Assembly (NCBI RefSeq): GCF_037042905.1
Contig: NC_087249.1
Span: forward strand, 27,652,001-27,716,000
Direction: 5' to 3'
Origin: Lytechinus pictus
Lineage: Eukaryota
DNA length: 64,000 bases
The translations under genes were made by a program, and so were the position numbers. Shown here piece after piece: positions 58,301 through 64,000 of this stretch. The stretch's first letter is position 1. Every line of letters starts with the position of its first letter. The notes beneath the pieces are model-generated. The model was not told where the DNA came from, did not search any database, and saw nothing but the letters and a program-made list of their open reading frames with translations.

Positions 58301-61300
58301 AATATTTAGATTACTGCCCCAGGGTAAGGGGTACTTGGTAGAAAGCCACAAATCCCTGATAATTAAGTAAATGGCCTATGAGAAAGTTGGCCTTGCCCCT
58401 TGTCATACCCAGTTGCCAATTTTAAATCTACGTCTAGTCTAGGAAACCAAAACCCAAGAAGAGGAGAAATCATATTAGAGTAAAATGAGATGAACAATTA
58501 AAAAAAAGTTTCATCAAAATCGGTTATGAAATAAGCAAGTTATTTTAAATGTTTTAAGTTTTAAAGTTCCTAAAGTGTCACACCATGCCTCCCAAGAAGA
58601 GAACACAAAAGGAGAAGGGGACAGGAGAGGGGAGAAGAACACCAAGTCTACGGCCACTGTACACTCGACGTACAGCTGCTGTAGACCATGGCTACGGCTA
58701 GTCTAATTTCTATCAAGCGTAGAAATGAAAAAAATAACTATAATTCCGCGCAATAATGCTTCAGCCACCCCTATGGCCTGTAAAAATAGGAATCCGCCCT
58801 ACATTGACCCTGCAGGCGTTGCAGATATTTACAGCCACCGTACACCCATCGTAGAGCTATAAATTTGACTGATTTTTATATCAGAGTACTGTTGGAATTG
58901 AAAATTCTGACATTTTAGGTCAAAAGGCGTTAAAACTCTTAATAAGTTGGTTAGGACTCCAATCTAATGCAAACTATGTACAATTTTGTGATCCCTTCCC
59001 TGGTTTAATATTCAAAATACTGTACAAATATAATGCCATGTGATATATTTTTTTTAATCTGTGAAATATCAAATTTGTATTTAAAAAGAAGACAAAAATA
59101 CTGTATATCTTACAATATTATTTATGATTTATTCCTATGTAGTGATCCATATGTGAGGATAAAGCTTTTCAGAGGAGATAGGGAAGAAGGAGTTATATCA
59201 AGTGTTCAAACAAGGACAATTAAGAGGGTAAGTTAAAAGTAGAGGATTTCCTTTAATATTAAATCCACTGTGATGTGTCTCAAATGTGGGATGAAATAGC
59301 ACTCGTACTGGCAAATAAATGGAAAATGAAATGAGAACTGTTTCCAGCATTAGTGTCATTGCAAGTATCCTGGTCGCCTCGCTATGTTCACAAGTGGAAA
59401 TATGGTATGTTTTGCATTTAAAATTTCCAGACATGGAAAATACTTACAGGATCTGAAAGAAAATACCGGTAAATGCCAGGTACAGAAACAGTGAGATTGG
59501 TGTAAAGAGGAAGTACTTAATAATTTTCTTTACCATGTATCGTATCAAGTTTACTGTTCTTACAAACCATAGGGATTTGAAAAAAATGATGCTAAATTAC
59601 ATGAAACTCACTTCAAAGGTATTTAAGTGTTGTGGTGATGTACATTAAAATGAGAGTGATTGTTTATGGGTCTTGAAGCTGTAATGGTCTCGGTTTTGTC
59701 GGCATATTTTCAGAAAATATTCCAGGTAGAAATACATGTAAATGTAGGTTATACTTTCAATGGTGTAGAAAAAAAACAGGTGGATGTGTTGTACCATTTC
59801 AAAGATTTTGTCTTTCATTCTAAAACTTAGATATATGTTGTTTGAAAGTATTGCTCTATATTAAAAATATGTTTGTCCAGGATGATATTTTAGATTGAAG
59901 AGATACCTTTTAGCATTATAATTTCATTGTTAAAGGACAAGTCTACAGTACCCCAACAAAATGTTGATGTGAATAAAAAGATAAAAATCCAACAAGCATA
60001 ACACTGAAAATTTCATCAAAATCAAATGTAAAATAAGAAAGTTTTGACATTTCAAAATTTCGCTTAATTTCACACAACAGTTGTATGCACATCCTGGTCG
60101 GTATGCAAATGAGGAGACTGATGACGTCATCCACTCACTATTTCTTTTGCATTCTATTATATGAATTATGAAATATTCTGATTTTCTCCATCTTGTCATG
60201 TGAAATCAAGTTTTATTCCTCCTTGAACATGTGGAATTAACATTGTTTAACATTATGTGGTTCAGTCAAGTTTACCTTATTGTTAATTCTGTAAAAATTG
60301 AAACATTGTATAATTTTCAAACAATAAAAAATAAAAGAAATAGTGAGTGATGAACATCATCGACTCTCTCATTCGCATATCACTGAGTTGTGCATGCATA
60401 ACTGTTTTGAAAAAATAAGCGAAACTTTAAAATGTCATAACTTTCTTACTTTACATCCGATTTTGATGAAATTTTAAGCGTTATGCTTGTTAGATTTTTC
60501 TCTTTTGATTCAAATCAACATTTTTCTGGGGTGGACTTGACCTTTAAGTTGTTTATCTTTATTAAACTATAAAATGAAAACGATTTTCGGCAAGATACTC
60601 TTCACCCCAGAATGGGTACTAGCAGGAAGGAATCTGTTTCACGCTGCAATTCCACTCTTTACATGTACTTCCCTGATATTTAATTTAACCGCGTGGGGCT
60701 TTGATTCCAATGTATGCATGTATGCGGCAGATAATGTACATGTACTGTAGTTTGTCTGTTTGGTGTGTGTGATTTATGAAATACCAATATTTATATTTGT
60801 TCTGAAACCAAACCCAAGTTTTTGTGAGTAATTCAGTTATGCACTTTCCAAGATGTATTAAAACAAAAGAACATTAATTTTTGTGGGACATTTTAAGATT
60901 CTGGCCCCTGAGGGACGTTTGTTTGTTTCTGAAAATACCTTCATTCATGCATTTGTAGGGTGTCAAATAAATTCATACCATACATTACATGTATGTATTC
61001 CCACTAGTTTTCTTTGAGAATTTTTCTTTAAAATATTCCACTTTTCATTGTGCTATATCAGAATGAAATCTCTATTACTTTTCAAATATATCATTACCCC
61101 AGATATTGGAATCTGGCTCGCTCACATACAGTGTAGCACTCCACTCCCTGTGGAGTATTCTAACAATGATCAGTCTATATGAGCTGTTAAATAACATTGG
61201 TATTCACATCCGAATTGGTACCAAGTTAAGACCTGGGTGGAGAGTGGCAAAGTGTGAATTAATGTCTTGCAAGGATGTTACATGTAGGCCTCAATGGGAT

Positions 61301-62440
61301 TCTTTAAAGGGATCTTTAAGGTTGTTCAAATATCGAGACTGATATACTAAAGGCAAAGGATGTACCTTTAATTAAAGGACAAGTCCACCCCAACAAAAAG
61401 TTGATTTGAATAAAAAGAGAAAAATGCAACAAACATAACACTGAAAATTTCATCAAAATCGGATGTAAAATAAGAAAGTTATAACATTTTAAAGTTTTGC
61501 TTAATTTCACAAAACAATTATATTCACACCTTGTCGGTATGCAAACGAGGAGACTGATGACGTCATCCACTCACTATTTCTTTTGTGTTTTATTATATGA
61601 AATAGGGAATATTCTATTTTTCTCCTCCTTGTCAAGTGAAACAACGATTAATTATTCTGTGAACATGTGTAATGAGCATTGTTTAATACTATATGATTCA
61701 GTCAAAGTTGGTCCTCATTGTCAAATCTATAAAAAATGTAATATATAATTCAAACAATGAAAAACAAAATAAGTAGTGAGTGAGGGACATCATCAACTTT
61801 CTCATTTGAGTTGTGCATATCACTGTTTTGTGAAAAATAAGCAAAACTTTAAAGTGTCATAACTTTCTTATTTTACATCCGATTTTGATGAAATTTTCAG
61901 CGTTTTGCTAATTTGATTTTTCTCTATTTATTCGAATCAACATTTTTCTGGAGTGGACTTGACCTTTAATAATTCAAAAGCATGTACCCCTTGTAAGATT
62001 TTTAATGATTTTAATATTATCCCAAGAAGTGTAGATTTGTCACTTATCAACCAATGAACTATTCCCTATTTTTCTTTTCTTTTCTTTTTTAACTTGGCAA
62101 CAATCTTAGAGTCCCCCCCCCCCCTCTCTCTCTCTGCTTTGGGGCCTGTCTTTTGCAAGATTGATTGAATAATCGAAAGATCATGAATTATATATTTATC
62201 TTGATTGATATAAATCAGTCTTCCTGCATTCAACAATAAGGAGAAAGAGAATTCTAGGTACATACATTTTTTAAAGTATTTTCATGATTGAATATGTGCA
62301 TACATGATGTCTATTGTTCATGTACATTTTCTGTTCATGAGATTTCTAAAGAAATTAATGAAATGAACATGTATTTTTCTATTTGTTTTCTTTTCATACA
62401 GACTCTAAACCCCAAATGGTATGAGGACTTCCTTTTTAGG
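52355..62440 (+). CDS. NEDD4: NEDD4-family HECT E3 ubiquitin ligase, N-terminal C2 domain; exons 52355-52387, 56226-56311, 59143-59227, 62402-62440; continues beyond window
   Basis: Spliced peptide MATIYGLPEMQ|GEAPGTTRILKVRVIEGKDLAKKDIFGAS|DPYVRIKLFRGDREEGVISSVQTRTIKR|TLNPKWYEDFLFR matches the NEDD4/NEDD4L signature LAKKDIFGASDPYV..QTKTIKKTLNPKW. Confidence 0.93.
54260..55201. mobile_element. Non-autonomous TIR element with ~105-bp TIRs and an 11-bp flanking direct repeat (Mutator/MULE-like)
   Basis: ctgcagttactgtctttgct..gcctatagacaccc vs gggtgtctataggc..agcaaagacaataactgcag; ATGGTTCAGTT at 54249-54259 and 55202-55212. Confidence 0.8.
57093..57480 (-). mobile_element. LINE 3' tail remnant
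   Basis: Poly(A) with AATAAA on the minus strand and a CT-rich UTR. Confidence 0.45.
57539..58565. mobile_element. Degenerate Kolobok-type MITE fragments
   Basis: gaaaaatcagacaag..gaaagtttgaacaa..aagttatga and tttcatcaaaatcgg..aaataag motifs shared with the other TTAA MITEs. Confidence 0.5.
59934..60543. mobile_element. Kolobok/T2-type MITE family A, copy 2
   Basis: TTAA TSD, AGGACAAGTC..GACTTGACCT TIRs. Confidence 0.88.
61110..61300 (-). mobile_element. SINE body fragment
   Basis: gacctgggtggagagtggcaaagtgtgaattaatgtcttgc resembles the SINE core seen at ~22680-22710. Confidence 0.4.
61376..61965. mobile_element. Kolobok/T2-type MITE family A, copy 3
   Basis: TTAA TSD, AGGACAAGTCCAC..GTGGACTTGACCT TIRs. 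Confidence 0.88.
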
Positions 62441-64000
62441 GTGAGTTTACATCACATGTAAATTTGTAAACATTAGAGTCTTTTAGAGATATGAAATACC
62501 TACATTCATGCTCATGCTGTGTTGGTCATCGTTGATTTAATAGTACTCCATTTATGTACATGTATTTGCCTGTATAAAATGCATGTTACAGTTTTCCTCT
62601 ATTAAGTGGTAAAACAGATAAATCTATCATCATCCATTCCCCCGCAACCCCCCCCCCCCCCATGATTTTAAGTTCTAAACTGAATGATTTGAAGTAAAAT
62701 TGTATTTTGACATTCAAGAGAGAAATTATGTTTGTGTTTTATGTGGACCCATATGAGAGAGGGTTTCCTATAATTATCCAGATAATGTGCTTCTTTTAGA
62801 ATTAATTATTTATAACTAAACATACTGTAATTCCACTTACCGGTAAATTTATTTATCCAAGTTAAATGACTACTTTAAAAAAGAAATCGAAAGCCATTTA
62901 TTACCCCTAGCCATAACCGTTGAATGTCAATGCAAATTACTTTGAGACATAGTGAGTTTGTAGAATGATTTGATGTTCAGACATTGTTTATCTTCCATGA
63001 CCTTTCAGTGTCTGTCTCAGCCCTGATCTCAGTGTTCTGTAGTGATGAATGTGGCTCTTGGTGATAGTGACCTTGTTGATTATCCTAGTGCTGTCCTCCG
63101 CAGATGCTCATTAGTAGCATTCTCATTGTAGCTACAGTGTCTTAAGGAAATTTAATTTACTTGCTCTGAAGACGTTCATGAGCAGCATGTCTAAATATGC
63201 ACCTTGGGAGAGTTTTGATTTGAGAACGGATTTGAGAGGAATAATGTTTCAAACTTCATCACCTGGCAAGCAGAAGGGCATACTCAAGTGCGCTCTACAC
63301 AAGAAGTGTAGGAGATGCCCTTTCCAATGCCCTTCTGCATGTAACAGCCAGGCTTGCAAGCAAGGAGGTGAACATCCTCATTGTAGAGTAGATGTTGTAG
63401 CTTTGAATTGTGCAATCCCATGCTGAGTGCTAGGGTCAAGCATACATGTATCTAACTTTGATCAGTATGACCATGTTGATAATTCGTTTATCAAATTTTT
63501 ATTCATGTTTTGCCATCCTTTATTATATTACATGTAGTTGTTTGCTTTCTGTTTCCTTCATTCTCTGGAACATTGATGAATTGGATTGGGATATTGAGGA
63601 TAATGGGGGGGGGGGGGGTTAGGATTTCATAATTTCTTGTGTGAAACATACATCGTGATTACAATCTCAATCGATAACATTATTGTGAGAGGCGATATAT
63701 CATGGGCCAAATATCACAAAGGCACCCATTTATGCCTAATTGTTAATTACATGACATAGGGCATATGAATTGGGGGCTGCTGAACTACTTTGAAAGTTGG
63801 AGGGCTGAACATGTACATGTATGAAATCACAATTTGACTGTCATGTTTATTTCTTTGTATACATAAGCTGGAAAAATTGGGAGGGGGCCGAGTCCTGTCA
63901 ATACACCCCCCCCCCCCCTCCTTCCACCTCTTCTCCCATGAGCCATGACCCCTGTAAACTCTATAGAACTCAATTTCCATTGAAAAATTCCTTTGATATG

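Overview
Eukaryotic, AT-rich, intron-containing animal DNA. The SRCR array and repeat landscape suggest a sea urchin or other echinoderm (inference). Four spliced genes were reconstructed by hand from GT-AG boundaries. (1) A minus-strand multi-SRCR (DMBT1-like) scavenger receptor: a signal-peptide exon at 23286-23385, then 18 one-domain-per-exon phase-1 SRCR exons (15227 down to <1) that run off the left edge and show nested tandem duplication and mosaic exons. (2) An unrecognised plus-strand 252-aa tail-anchored membrane protein gene (4 coding exons, 30630-38792) with a long fold-back just after the stop. (3) Complete MTHFS (minus, 3 exons, 199 aa). (4) The 5' part (C2 domain, 4 exons) of a NEDD4-family E3 ligase, head-to-head with MTHFS. 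Introns and intergenic DNA hold Kolobok-type MITEs (TTAA + AGG..CCT), foldback elements, a Gypsy LTR remnant, CR1/L2 and L1/Tx1 fragments, SINEs, microsatellites and two N gaps. The most notable non-gene signal is a cluster of hammerhead-ribozyme motifs (Penelope-like remnants in (TA)n) in intron 1 of the SRCR gene, one of them sense to the transcript. No prokaryotic system or CRISPR array is present.
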